The notes: generated by a model from the letters alone, not told the origin. Counted from the first letter of the stretch, positions 17,878 through 27,793 are shown. The stretch: DNA of 43,998 nucleotides from an uncultured Gammaproteobacteria bacterium (GCA_964443335.1 CAYUCK010000002.1:1-43998), one strand, 5' to 3'. Program-made: numbers and translations.

Positions 17878-18415
17878 TGATTTGTCTGACTTTGGGAAAG
17901 TATTGAAAAAATACTTGACCGACAATACTGCTTATTGGAATCGCGCAAAATTCTCGAGAGTCAGAGGAGCGTGGTCGATTGTCTCCCATAACAAAAACTT
18001 CATCGTCTTTGATTTTGTAGGGTTCACCATTTTTTACGCAGCCACCTTCCCAAAGATTAGTTTTATCAGCGATATAATTTTCTTGGATTAGATTGCCATT
18101 GATATATACTTCACCATCTTTTATCATTAAAGTTTCTCCTGGTAAGCCTATCACTCTTTTAATATACTCGATATCAGGATTTTTTGGTGATTTTAAAACA
18201 ATAACATCGCCTCGTTCTATTCTTCTGAATTTATAGGTTATTCTGCTAGTTAAAATATAGTCGCCAGTATGAAAATTTGGTTCCATTGAAGCGCCTTTGA
18301 CTTGATTGGGAGTGATGATAAAAAGGTAGGTGACAATAAACATTGAGCCAACAAAAACAACTGTTTCTAGGATATCAAAAATAAAATCAATGATATCTTT
18401 AATAGTTTTTATCAT
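17849..18415 (-). CDS. lepB: Signal peptidase I
   Basis: Motifs GASMEP (Ser), YIKRVIGLPG (Lys) and MGDNR..SSDSR. Confidence 0.97.
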   Translation of the reverse strand: MIKTIKDIIDFIFDILETVVFVGSMFIVTYLFIITPNQVKGASMEPNFHTGDYILTSRITYKFRRIERGDVIVLKSPKNPDIEYIKRVIGLPGETLMIKDGEVYINGNLIQENYIADKTNLWEGGCVKNGEPYKIKDDEVFVMGDNRPRSSDSREFCAIPISSIVGQVFFQYFPKVRQIINPLPSAIR

Positions 18416-18484
18416 AAAAAATTATTTTAAAGAAATATTGGCTAAATTACAATAGATTTTATATAATAATGAATTAGCAGATAT

Positions 18485-18558
18485 GGACGATTAGCTCAGT
18501 TGGCTAGAGCGTTGCGTTCACATCGCAAAGGTCGTAGGTTCAAATCCTACATCGTCCA
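18485..18558 (+). tRNA. tRNA-Val(CAC)
   Basis: Acceptor stem GGACGAT/ATCGTCC, anticodon arm TTGCG-TT CAC AT-CGCAA, T-loop TTCAAAT. CCA is not encoded. Confidence 0.93.
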
Positions 18559-18739
18559 CTATTTAATATCTTTATATAAGAATTTGCTTCAGGGTGCGTT
18601 TTTAAGATAAAAAAATATCATTCAAATTTTATTAATACTATCTTCTAAATCAATATTTTTGTAGGTTATATGCAGTAGACAAGCTTCGAAAAATTGTTTA
18701 GGTTTTAAGATAAAGTGTTTTTTCTAAGATAAAGATTTT

Positions 18740-21382
18740 ATGAAAAAAATTATTACATTAATTATATTAATTTTAATTATTTGTGCTAAAAATGTTTATT
18801 CGGCTGAATTTAATAATCCCATTGTTCCTGATAATGTTGATAAAAAAACTTATATAAAAGATTCCCGCAGTCCAGCTGTTATTTTTGAAGATCAAAAATT
18901 TAAAATGTGGTTTGTAAATTATTATAATAATCGATGGAACATTGATTATTTGGAATCTAATGATGGTATTAATTGGATAAAACCACTTGATAACCCTGTT
19001 TTATTAAGTGATAACGACGAAATTGAAATAATGGGTCCATCTATAATAAAAGTTAATAATATTTATTATCTTTGGTATTTTTCTCTTAAAAATAATGATA
19101 ACAAATATTTTATTAGACTTGCTACTTCAACAGATGGCATTAATTGGATAAAAAATTCAAATAAAATTATATATCCGTCATATTTTTGGGAAGCCCAAGG
19201 AGTAGTAAATCCTTATGTTTTATACATTAATAATAAGTTTCAAATGTGGTACGGAGCATGGGGAAATGATGGTTTTTGGAGAATAGCCTATGCAGAATCT
19301 GTAGATGGTATAAATTGGACAAAAAGATCAAGCCCTCTTAATATTAATCCAAACATTCGGCATGTAGGTAATCATACTTTAAAATTTATTAATAATAAAT
19401 ACTATATTTGGTATGTTACAGGAGACGGAAATACTGAAGAAATTCATAAATTAGTTTCAGATGATGGAATAAATTGGTCGATTGAAAATAATAATAGTTT
19501 AATTTTAAAGAAAGATAACGTTAATTTTCCCAATCAAATATTAAATGATTTAGAATCAATTTATTTTAATAATAATATTTATTTATACTTCACTGGTCGT
19601 CATAATAATATTTGGGGAATAGGATTAATGATTAATAATTTAAATAATTCAATCCCAACTCCCACCCCAACCCAAACTCCCACCCCTACTCCAACTCCTA
19701 CCTCAACCCCAACTCCCATCCCTACCAAAATACCAATTGTTATTTTGCCTGGCTTTATGGGGTCGTGGAGTGGGAGGGCGATTTTGCATAATGAAAGTGT
19801 CAGTTATAATCAGTGGAAATTGGCGCCTTTTGTTAAGGAGTATAATGGTTTGATTAATACTTTAAAAAATTTAGGATTTAAAGAAAATGATGATTTTTAT
19901 GTTTTTGCCTATGATTGGCGAAAATCAATTAGAGAGACGATTGAGGATTTAAATGATTTTTTAAATAATAAAAAATCAGCACTTGTCAATAAATTTGCTC
20001 TTGTTGGTCATTCTTTGGGTGGATTGGTGGCTAGAATCTATTCGCAAAAATACAAGCAAAATGTTGATAGAATAATTAGTGTCGGTTCTCCTCATCAAGG
20101 TGTTGTTCAGGTTTATAAACCGCTTGAAGCTGGAGAGATTGATCGAGAAAATACTTTTTTGTGGTTAGCTCAAAAATTGATTTTAATATTAAATAAATCT
20201 GGATTTGAGTCAGATAAAGAAACAATTGCTCAAAAAATCCCAGTTCTTTATGATCTTTTTCCAGTTTATGATTTTTTAAAAAATAATTCTGGCGAAATTA
20301 TACCCGTAAACAATTTAAGAATAAGAAATGATTTGTTAAACTTTTACAATAACAATTTTGGAGATATTTTTGATATTTTTACCTCCATTTATGGTGAAAA
20401 AGATAAGAACACTCCTTATGGATTTATTGTTGATCAACCAAATATTATTGATCAAAATTTAGGAAACTATCTTGACGGTAGACCAAAACAAATGATTTAT
20501 GATTATGGCGATTATACTGTGCCATCAGTAAGCGCTAATGAAGATTCTGATAGTAAAAAATTTTACTTTGACCATGGTGAAATCATTACTAAAAAAAAGG
20601 CAATTAAAAAAATTTTAGATTTATTATCAATTAGTTATTTTGACGATCAAATTATAGAGGGTGAAAAAACAAATATTGCCAGATCCTTGATTTTTTTAAT
20701 CAAATCACCAGCAACAATAAAAGTAGAAAACAATAATCAAATTTTTAGTGAAGACGACGGAATAATTTTTATTCCCGATGCTCAAACAGGCGATTATCAG
20801 CTAAATGTTCAAGGTACAGGAATTGGCAATTATCAAGTGATTATTGGTCAGATTTCGCAAAATAATGATTTATGGGAAACAATTAATGGTTCAATTACCA
20901 ATGAGCAACCAGAATTACAGATTGATAATTATCTGATTAGCTATAATGACCAAACAGCCAATTCAATTTATCCAACACCAACCAATACACCAGCGTCAAC
21001 AAATACACCTACACCGACAGTTTTATTGACGCCTAGCCCAACCATTACTTCAACAATTACTAGTCAATTAACACCGACCCCAACTTCATCAGCTAATAAT
21101 ACCAACTCAAATTCCAATAACATTAACTCAACTAATCAAGCAATGTTTTCATCAATTACTCCTACCCCAACAACAACTTTGTTTTCAAAATTAACAACCG
21201 ACACAACAACAGTCAAAAATAATGATAATCAAGTTTTAGGAGAAAAAACAAAAAAAGAAACAGAAAATAAATTGACAGATAAAAAACAAAATACAAAAAA
21301 ATATCTATATCTGGTTGCGATTTCAATAGTGATTTTATCTGTCCTTATTTTTTGGAAATATTTTTTTAAAAAAATTAAATAA
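18740..21382 (+). CDS. Secreted, C-terminally anchored protein: glycosidase-like beta-propeller + Pro/Thr linker + alpha/beta hydrolase (LCAT/PGAP1-like) + Thr/Pro-rich stalk
   Basis: Signal peptide; S.DGINW blade motif four times; (PT)n linker; esterase motifs PIVILPG.MGS, FAYDWR, VGHSLGGL and GDYTV...H; C-terminal TM followed by KKIK. Confidence 0.75.
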   Translation: MKKIITLIILILIICAKNVYSAEFNNPIVPDNVDKKTYIKDSRSPAVIFEDQKFKMWFVNYYNNRWNIDYLESNDGINWIKPLDNPVLLSDNDEIEIMGPSIIKVNNIYYLWYFSLKNNDNKYFIRLATSTDGINWIKNSNKIIYPSYFWEAQGVVNPYVLYINNKFQMWYGAWGNDGFWRIAYAESVDGINWTKRSSPLNINPNIRHVGNHTLKFINNKYYIWYVTGDGNTEEIHKLVSDDGINWSIENNNSLILKKDNVNFPNQILNDLESIYFNNNIYLYFTGRHNNIWGIGLMINNLNNSIPTPTPTQTPTPTPTPTSTPTPIPTKIPIVILPGFMGSWSGRAILHNESVSYNQWKLAPFVKEYNGLINTLKNLGFKENDDFYVFAYDWRKSIRETIEDLNDFLNNKKSALVNKFALVGHSLGGLVARIYSQKYKQNVDRIISVGSPHQGVVQVYKPLEAGEIDRENTFLWLAQKLILILNKSGFESDKETIAQKIPVLYDLFPVYDFLKNNSGEIIPVNNLRIRNDLLNFYNNNFGDIFDIFTSIYGEKDKNTPYGFIVDQPNIIDQNLGNYLDGRPKQMIYDYGDYTVPSVSANEDSDSKKFYFDHGEIITKKKAIKKILDLLSISYFDDQIIEGEKTNIARSLIFLIKSPATIKVENNNQIFSEDDGIIFIPDAQTGDYQLNVQGTGIGNYQVIIGQISQNNDLWETINGSITNEQPELQIDNYLISYNDQTANSIYPTPTNTPASTNTPTPTVLLTPSPTITSTITSQLTPTPTSSANNTNSNSNNINSTNQAMFSSITPTPTTTLFSKLTTDTTTVKNNDNQVLGEKTKKETENKLTDKKQNTKKYLYLVAISIVILSVLIFWKYFFKKIK
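19653..19727 (+). repeat. Coding Pro-Thr low-complexity repeat
   Basis: C-rich CCN-ACN runs encoding PTPTPTQTPTPTPTPTSTPTPIPT. Confidence 0.85.
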
Positions 21383-21445
21383 TATTATTAATATTTTTTT
21401 CAAAAATTTACAATAAATAAAACCATTAAGATATAATTATCATTG

Positions 21446-22231
21446 ATGAAAATAAAAATTTCACTTTTAACAGCAACAAAAAATTCTCAAGAGACAATTG
21501 AAAAAACATTATTATCAGCAAAAAATTTAGTTAATGAAATTATTGTTGTTGATAATCTTTCAAAAGATCAAACCATCAATATTGCAAAAAAATATACTGA
21601 CAAAATTTTTTTTTATAATGGTGATAATTTGGGAAAACAATATCAATGGGGACTGACAAAAGCTACAAATCAGTGGGTTTTGATTTTGGATAGCGATGAA
21701 TATCTTTCAACTCAATTAAAAAGTGAGATTACAAATTTAATTAAAAATAACAAAATTAATAATTATGATGGTTATTTTATTCCTTTTCAAAATTATTTTT
21801 TAGGTAAACAAATAAAATATGGTGGTGAGAATTATCAAATGCTTCGTTTGTTTAAAAAAGATAAAGTTATCATCACCTCAGAAAAAATTCATCAAAAATA
21901 TCTATTAAAAACAAAAAAAGTGGGATATCTAAAAGGCAAAATCATTCATCATTCGTATCGAGGTTTACTACAAATACTACAAAAATTTACTTACTATGCA
22001 AAAGAAGAAGCTAAACAAAAATATCAAAATCAAGAAAAAATTACTTTTAAAAAGCTTTTTCTATATGGCCCTCATATGTTTTATGCTCGCTATATCAAGG
22101 ATAAAGGCTATAAGGACGGATTGTTTAGAATTCTGCTTGATTTATTATTTTCCTATATGGAGGGATTGACTTATTGGTTACTTTATTGGTTTTATCTAAA
22201 AAACTTTTGCAAAAAATTTCTAAGACGATAA
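21446..22231 (+). CDS. Glycosyltransferase family 2 (WaaE/KdtX-like)
   Basis: Motifs EIIVVDNLSKDQT, WVLILDSDE, RLFK and GYKDG. ATG at 21446. Confidence 0.88.
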   Translation: MKIKISLLTATKNSQETIEKTLLSAKNLVNEIIVVDNLSKDQTINIAKKYTDKIFFYNGDNLGKQYQWGLTKATNQWVLILDSDEYLSTQLKSEITNLIKNNKINNYDGYFIPFQNYFLGKQIKYGGENYQMLRLFKKDKVIITSEKIHQKYLLKTKKVGYLKGKIIHHSYRGLLQILQKFTYYAKEEAKQKYQNQEKITFKKLFLYGPHMFYARYIKDKGYKDGLFRILLDLLFSYMEGLTYWLLYWFYLKNFCKKFLRR

Positions 22232-22240
22232 AATTAACTC

Positions 22241-24208
22241 ATGAAAAATAAAAAAATTGGTTTTATTTTTGTTTTATATCAAACTCCAAAAAAAGATATT
22301 AATCGCCTAAAAAAAGAAGTAAAAAATCTTGGTGTGAAAAACTATCAGCTTTATTTTATTGATAATACAGATACTGGTAAGGGATATGCATTTGGAGTAA
22401 ATCTTGGGATAAAGCTTGCCTTAAAAGATAATTGTTCTTTATTTGTTGTTGCCAATCCTGATATTTCATTTAATCAATTAAAAATCAATAAGATTTTGGC
22501 AGCCGAAAAATATTTTGATATCTGGGGATTAACGATGAGGCAGGATGGAACAATTTATTATGGCGGAGAAATTGATAAATGGCGAATGAGCGGCGGCTTA
22601 ATTACAAATAAACCTAAAAAAAGATTTGTTGAGGTAGATTTTGTTTCTGGATCATTGATGTTTGTTAAAAAAAATGTGATTGAGGGAATTGGTTTTTTTG
22701 ATGAAAGTTACTTTATGTATTATGAAGAGGTTGATTTTTGCTACCGAGCAAGAAAAGCTGGTTTTAAAGTTGGTATTGATTCATCATTTGTTTATGATCA
22801 TTTTGAAATATCAAAAAATACCAACTCAAAAAAACAGTGGTATTTATTTAAAAATTGGTTTAAATTTTTTTGGAAGTATTCAAGCAACAGCCAAAAAATA
22901 AAAGAGATTCTTAGGTTACCAAAAACTGCTTATGAAGAAATAAAAAAAAGAAAGTTTTATCTGAATTTTTTTAGTTACAATATTTTGTCGATTGCAAATA
23001 AACTATTGGCTTTTATTCAATTTGTTTTTTTAATAAGAATTTTTCCAGCAAATATCTATGGTATTTACACCTTAGCTTGGGCTCATTTATCAATGTTTTT
23101 ACCCATCAGTGATTTAGGCTCAACTAATTTTGGGATAATTAACTTACCCCAACAAAAAAAATTGAGTTTTAATGATCTATTAAGTTTTAGATTTTATCTT
23201 TCATTGTTTGTTTTTTTATTAAGTATTGTTAGTTTATTTTTTATTCCGTACCAATTGACTACAAAAATAGCGATTTTTTTTATTAGTATTGTTGCGTTAC
23301 AAAGTAGTTTTTTTGGTAGTGTTTTAATTAAATTAACCAATGAAAATAAAGCATATTTATCTTCGCTAATAAGTTTTATTTTTCAATTAATTCTGACTAT
23401 TTTAGTAATTATTGTAGGTTTTTTAACAAAAGATATTTTGTCAATATTTTTAGTAATTGGTTTAGGTTATGCAATTTATTTAATTTTTTTAATTTCTTTT
23501 TTAAAAAATAGTCAAAAAAATCTTTATCTCAAGTTTACCTTAAAAAAATTTTTAATGGTTGTAAAAAATTCATATACCTATCTTCTAATTGCTCTTTTTG
23601 CACGCTGGTATAGCCGAATTGATGTTTTTTTACTTAATTTTTTAAAAGGTGAAGAAGTGGTTGGTATTTACTCATCAGCCTATAAATTTTTAGAAGCATT
23701 GATGTTCATGATAACTGCTTATAATCTTTCGTCTCTACCAATCGTTGTTGATTTGTATAAAAAAAAACAGTTATCATTAATTATCCTTAAAATAAAAAAA
23801 GATTTTGTTTTTCTTGGGACAATTGGATTCTTGATTGCTTTTGGTTTTTATTTTTTTTCGGATTTTTTTCTAAATATTTTTTTTAAAAACAAATATTTAT
23901 TAGCAATTCCTATATTGAAAATTATCATTTTTAATTTACCTTTGATTCTTTTAACCTCTATTTTTTTTAATTACTTTTATACCATAGGTCGAGCCAATAT
24001 TATTGTCATTTTAATGATTTTTCAGATATTTTTTAATTTTATACTAAACATAATTTTTATTCCAAAGTATAGTTATTATGCTAGCGCTTATATAAGTTTG
24101 TTTGCAGAATTAATGAACTTAATCATTATTATAATTTTGTATAAGATTAGTAAGTCTTATAGATTTTTCATGTCAAAAAACATTAAAGTCTATGAAAATA
24201 TCAATTGA
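22241..24208 (+). CDS. GT2 glycosyltransferase fused to a Wzx-like (MOP family) flippase
   Basis: The N-terminal ~230 aa have GYAFGVN.G, NPDI and FFDESYFMYYEEVDFCYR. The C-terminal ~420 aa are polytopic, with YSRID...VGIYSSAYK and NIIFIPKY. Confidence 0.85.
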   Translation: MKNKKIGFIFVLYQTPKKDINRLKKEVKNLGVKNYQLYFIDNTDTGKGYAFGVNLGIKLALKDNCSLFVVANPDISFNQLKINKILAAEKYFDIWGLTMRQDGTIYYGGEIDKWRMSGGLITNKPKKRFVEVDFVSGSLMFVKKNVIEGIGFFDESYFMYYEEVDFCYRARKAGFKVGIDSSFVYDHFEISKNTNSKKQWYLFKNWFKFFWKYSSNSQKIKEILRLPKTAYEEIKKRKFYLNFFSYNILSIANKLLAFIQFVFLIRIFPANIYGIYTLAWAHLSMFLPISDLGSTNFGIINLPQQKKLSFNDLLSFRFYLSLFVFLLSIVSLFFIPYQLTTKIAIFFISIVALQSSFFGSVLIKLTNENKAYLSSLISFIFQLILTILVIIVGFLTKDILSIFLVIGLGYAIYLIFLISFLKNSQKNLYLKFTLKKFLMVVKNSYTYLLIALFARWYSRIDVFLLNFLKGEEVVGIYSSAYKFLEALMFMITAYNLSSLPIVVDLYKKKQLSLIILKIKKDFVFLGTIGFLIAFGFYFFSDFFLNIFFKNKYLLAIPILKIIIFNLPLILLTSIFFNYFYTIGRANIIVILMIFQIFFNFILNIIFIPKYSYYASAYISLFAELMNLIIIIILYKISKSYRFFMSKNIKVYENIN

Positions 24209-25112
24209 TTATGGAGCATCTCAAGCTCAAGGATATTTTGGGACTAAAATATTTGCTCAAAATTTAAAAGAAGCATTAATTAAATATGATAAAAAGAACA
24301 CTTATATATTTTATGATTTTAAAAACGTATACCCAAAAATATTTTGGAATAAGATTGGTTTAAGCATTGCTGAACTTAAATTTCAACCTAAGATTTTTTT
24401 AGCTTTAAATCAGGCAGTTCCTTTATATGTTAATGGAAAAATTATTTCATTTTCTCATGGTTTATCTTTTCATTTTTATCCTGGGTTTTATTCAAAAAGT
24501 GAAGTAAATAGATTAAATAGTCAACTAAAGGAGATAGTTAAAAAATCAGATAAAATCGTTGTTTCATCAATTAGAGTTAAAAAAGAATTAATAAAACTGT
24601 TTTTAAATAAAAATATTGAAAAAAAAATTGTTGTTTTGCCATTTGGAGTGCCTTTTGATATTTTAAATAATAAACCTAAAAAAAATAAAGAAAAGATATT
24701 TTTATTTGTAGGTGGTTCTCAGCCGATTAAAAATTTTTCTTTTATTAAAAATGTTTTTAAAGAATTCCAAAAGAATCATAAAAATTATAAATTAATTAAT
24801 GTCACAAATTTAAATCGCAAACAATTAATCAATTATTACCAAAATGCAACTGCTCTTTTAACCTCATCTTTTTATGAAAGTTTTAATTTACCAGTTCTTG
24901 AAGCTTTAGCTTTAGGCTGTCCAGTAATCGCCACTTCATCAGCAATTATTCCTGAGTTTAAAAAATATGTTAACATTGCCAAAGATGAGGCTGAGTTTTT
25001 AAAATTGATGCTTGAAACTCCAAAAAAGCCTACAAAAAAAATAATAAAAGAAATAAAAGACAAATTTAGTTGGGAAAAGTATGTTAAAAAATTGATAAAA
25101 TTGTATAGGTGA
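24192..25112 (+). CDS. Glycosyltransferase family 4 (GT-B)
   Basis: Motifs SFYESFNLPVLEALALGCPVI and FSWEK. Confidence 0.9.
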   Translation: MKISIDYGASQAQGYFGTKIFAQNLKEALIKYDKKNTYIFYDFKNVYPKIFWNKIGLSIAELKFQPKIFLALNQAVPLYVNGKIISFSHGLSFHFYPGFYSKSEVNRLNSQLKEIVKKSDKIVVSSIRVKKELIKLFLNKNIEKKIVVLPFGVPFDILNNKPKKNKEKIFLFVGGSQPIKNFSFIKNVFKEFQKNHKNYKLINVTNLNRKQLINYYQNATALLTSSFYESFNLPVLEALALGCPVIATSSAIIPEFKKYVNIAKDEAEFLKLMLETPKKPTKKIIKEIKDKFSWEKYVKKLIKLYR

Positions 25113-25133
25113 CCCAAACCATAATTAATATTT

Positions 25134-25907
25134 ATGTTGACAGTAGTTATTTTAACTAAAAACAATCAAGATCAGTATTTTTATAACTGTTTAGGATCAG
25201 TTCAATTTACCGATGAAATCATTCTTGTTAATGATGGCAAAGCAACAAAAAGTTTCCTATATAACTTTTCAGAGAATACAAAAATCAAAATTTTTGAGCG
25301 AGCATTAAATGGCGATTTTGCCAGTCAGAGAAATTTTGGTTTAAACAAGGCAAAAGGCGATTGGATTTTATTTGTTGATTCAGATGAGCAAATAACTGAT
25401 GAATTAAAAGAAGAAATTATAAATACAGTTGAGTTAAAGAACAATGAAATTGCAGCTTATTATATTAAACGACGTGATCTTTTTTGGAGTAGAGAAGTGC
25501 GATTTGGAGAAATAGCTAAAGCAAGAAATAAAGGATTTATCCGTCTAGTGCGAAAAGGCATTGGTCAATGGAAAGGCAAAGTTCACGAAGAGTTTAAAAT
25601 CAAAAATAACAGTTTTAAAACTTCAACCTTAAAAAATTTTATCAATCATTATCCTCATCAAAGTTTAAAAGAATTTATTGAGGAAATTAATTTTTACTCA
25701 ACAATTAGAGCTAATGAATTATACCTTAAGAATAAAAAAACCAATGTTTTTGAGATAATTTTTTATCCATTTTTTAAATTTATTCAAACTTATTTTATAT
25801 ACTTGGGTTTTTTAGATGGAGCCGTTGGATTTGTGTATTCATTTATGATGAGTTTTCACTCATTTTTAGTGCGAGCAAAATTATATCTTAAAAACAACAA
25901 TAATTAA
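25134..25907 (+). CDS. Glycosyltransferase family 2 (WaaE/KdtX-like)
   Basis: Motifs DFASQRNFG, WILFVDSDE, VHE and GFLDG. Confidence 0.9.
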   Translation: MLTVVILTKNNQDQYFYNCLGSVQFTDEIILVNDGKATKSFLYNFSENTKIKIFERALNGDFASQRNFGLNKAKGDWILFVDSDEQITDELKEEIINTVELKNNEIAAYYIKRRDLFWSREVRFGEIAKARNKGFIRLVRKGIGQWKGKVHEEFKIKNNSFKTSTLKNFINHYPHQSLKEFIEEINFYSTIRANELYLKNKKTNVFEIIFYPFFKFIQTYFIYLGFLDGAVGFVYSFMMSFHSFLVRAKLYLKNNNN

Positions 25908-25941
25908 AATTAATTAACATTTTGTTTGTTGATTAACTTTT

Positions 25942-27027
25942 ATGAATATCTTTTTTTATCTAATAGTGATTTTATTTTCTTTTGGTCAACTGGGACGATT
26001 AGTGTTTTTTGATAGACAAATAAATTTTTACCTATACGAGATTTTTTTGTTTATTTTTTTTATGATTTTATTTTTAAAATTAAGATTTGGACCAATTAAT
26101 AGTTTATGGAAAAACAATAAAAAATTATTTATTTTTCCTGCAATATTGTTTTTGTCATTTATTTTAGATTTTAATAAATACAGTTTTTTTCAAAATTTGG
26201 TTGGTTTATTGTATTTTTTAAGATTGATATTCTATTTTCTATATTTCTTTTATTTAGATTATTTCATTAACAAAAATGAAGATTTTAAAAAAACTATTCA
26301 TAATGGTCTTTTAATTTTTACTTTTTTTACAATAATTTCCACCACTACTCAATATTTTTTATATCCTGATTTAAGAAATTTAATGTATTTGGGATGGGAC
26401 CCGCATTTAATGAGAACATTTGGAGTTTTTTTTGATACCGCTGTTGCGGGAGCAATTTATGGGTTAATTTTTTTTAATAATAATTTTTTAATGATTAAAT
26501 TAATTTATTTATTATTTTTGGTTCTTAGTTTTTCACGTGGAGCTATTTTGGCTTTTATAATTAGTTTAATTTTTTTATTTTTGCAAAAAAAACAATCAGT
26601 TACTAAATTATTATTAATTGTTTTTAGTTTGATATTATTGTTAATAATCTTACCAAAACCATTTGGCGAAGGTGGAAAACTAACAAGAGTTTATACAATT
26701 AAAGCTAGGATTAATGATTTTGAAGAGGGGATTAAATTGTTTTTTAAGAAACCATTTCTAGGGTTTGGTTATAATCGTCTTAGGTATGTAAGAGGAATAA
26801 GCCAGTCAAATGCTGCTTCAAATTTTTCCAATAGTTATTTAACAATTTTAACAACGTCAGGGATTTTAGGATTGCTTGGATTTTTTATTTTTTTAAAATA
26901 TTTTTTGGTGAGATTTAAAAAGAAAAGAATGTTGATGTTATTTATTAGCATTGTTTCCTTTTTCGATAATGTTTTTCTGCATCCTTTTATTTTATTTCTA
27001 TTTTTAACTAGTCTTTTTGATAATTGA
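25942..27027 (+). CDS. O-antigen ligase/polymerase-like membrane protein (Wzy_C family)
   Basis: Polytopic, with R.FGVF.D, LSFSRGA, R..D, KPFLGFGYN and NSYL.IL...GILG. Confidence 0.78.
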   Translation: MNIFFYLIVILFSFGQLGRLVFFDRQINFYLYEIFLFIFFMILFLKLRFGPINSLWKNNKKLFIFPAILFLSFILDFNKYSFFQNLVGLLYFLRLIFYFLYFFYLDYFINKNEDFKKTIHNGLLIFTFFTIISTTTQYFLYPDLRNLMYLGWDPHLMRTFGVFFDTAVAGAIYGLIFFNNNFLMIKLIYLLFLVLSFSRGAILAFIISLIFLFLQKKQSVTKLLLIVFSLILLLIILPKPFGEGGKLTRVYTIKARINDFEEGIKLFFKKPFLGFGYNRLRYVRGISQSNAASNFSNSYLTILTTSGILGLLGFFIFLKYFLVRFKKKRMLMLFISIVSFFDNVFLHPFILFLFLTSLFDN

Positions 27028-27721
27028 TGGTAAGAGTTTGAGTCGTGATGTTTCCCGCAATATCAGCTGCTTGAATTTGAATAATATTTTCACCCTCTTT
27101 TAGTCTAATGGATGTTACAAAATTACCATTAACATCAACGGTGATAGGTAAGTCGTCAATCTTTATAAAAACTTCTTTGTCAGTTTTTCCCTTTACAAAG
27201 ATTTCTTGAATAGCGACAGTTGATTTGTCGGCTGGTTCAGTGATCTCAATTTTTGGTTTTTCAGTTTTCAAAATAATTTTGTAAACTTGACTTTTTTTAG
27301 TTAATTGAGGATTGGCTTTTATTGAGGCTTTAATATAAAAATTATTTTCACCCTCCTTCAAACCATCAATAACTTCTGTAAAGTTATCAAAGTTTAAAAA
27401 TTCTTTTTCCTTAACTTTATTATTGTTCAAGTAAAACTCTAGCTTATCATAGTTAATTAGTGATCCAGCAACAATGAATCGAGAACTATTAGTAGCAGTT
27501 GGGATTTCGTCGATAGTAAAATTTCCGTAGATAGGCGTATTTTTGAATGTTTCTTTTGATACTTTTTGTTGTGGAAAAAAATTAGCAATAAAAATTGAAA
27601 AATTTAAAATTAATCTTAAACCAATTGTTAATATAAATAAAATCAACAAAAAAATTATTATTAAAGAGACAAAAATTGTTTTGGAAAAATTACGATGGTT
27701 AATAAAAAGAATTTTCTTCAT
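27008..27721 (-). CDS. Membrane-anchored protein with two Ig-like beta-sandwich domains
   Basis: N-terminal TM; the LKEGEN motif occurs twice; P.IEITEP and AADIAGN are typical of bacterial Ig-like domains. Confidence 0.7.
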   Translation of the reverse strand: MKKILFINHRNFSKTIFVSLIIIFLLILFILTIGLRLILNFSIFIANFFPQQKVSKETFKNTPIYGNFTIDEIPTATNSSRFIVAGSLINYDKLEFYLNNNKVKEKEFLNFDNFTEVIDGLKEGENNFYIKASIKANPQLTKKSQVYKIILKTEKPKIEITEPADKSTVAIQEIFVKGKTDKEVFIKIDDLPITVDVNGNFVTSIRLKEGENIIQIQAADIAGNITTQTLTINYQKD

Positions 27722-27722
27722 G

Positions 27723-27793
27723 AGCCCTTTGTCAGAATTGAACTGACACCAACGGTTTACGATACCGCTGCTCTACCATTAAGCTAAAAGGGC
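27723..27793 (-). tRNA. tRNA-Thr(CGT)
   Basis: Minus strand: acceptor GCCCTTT/AAAGGGC, anticodon arm GCGGT-AT CGT AA-ACCGT, T arm GTCAG-TTCAATT-CTGAC. No CCA. Confidence 0.88.
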
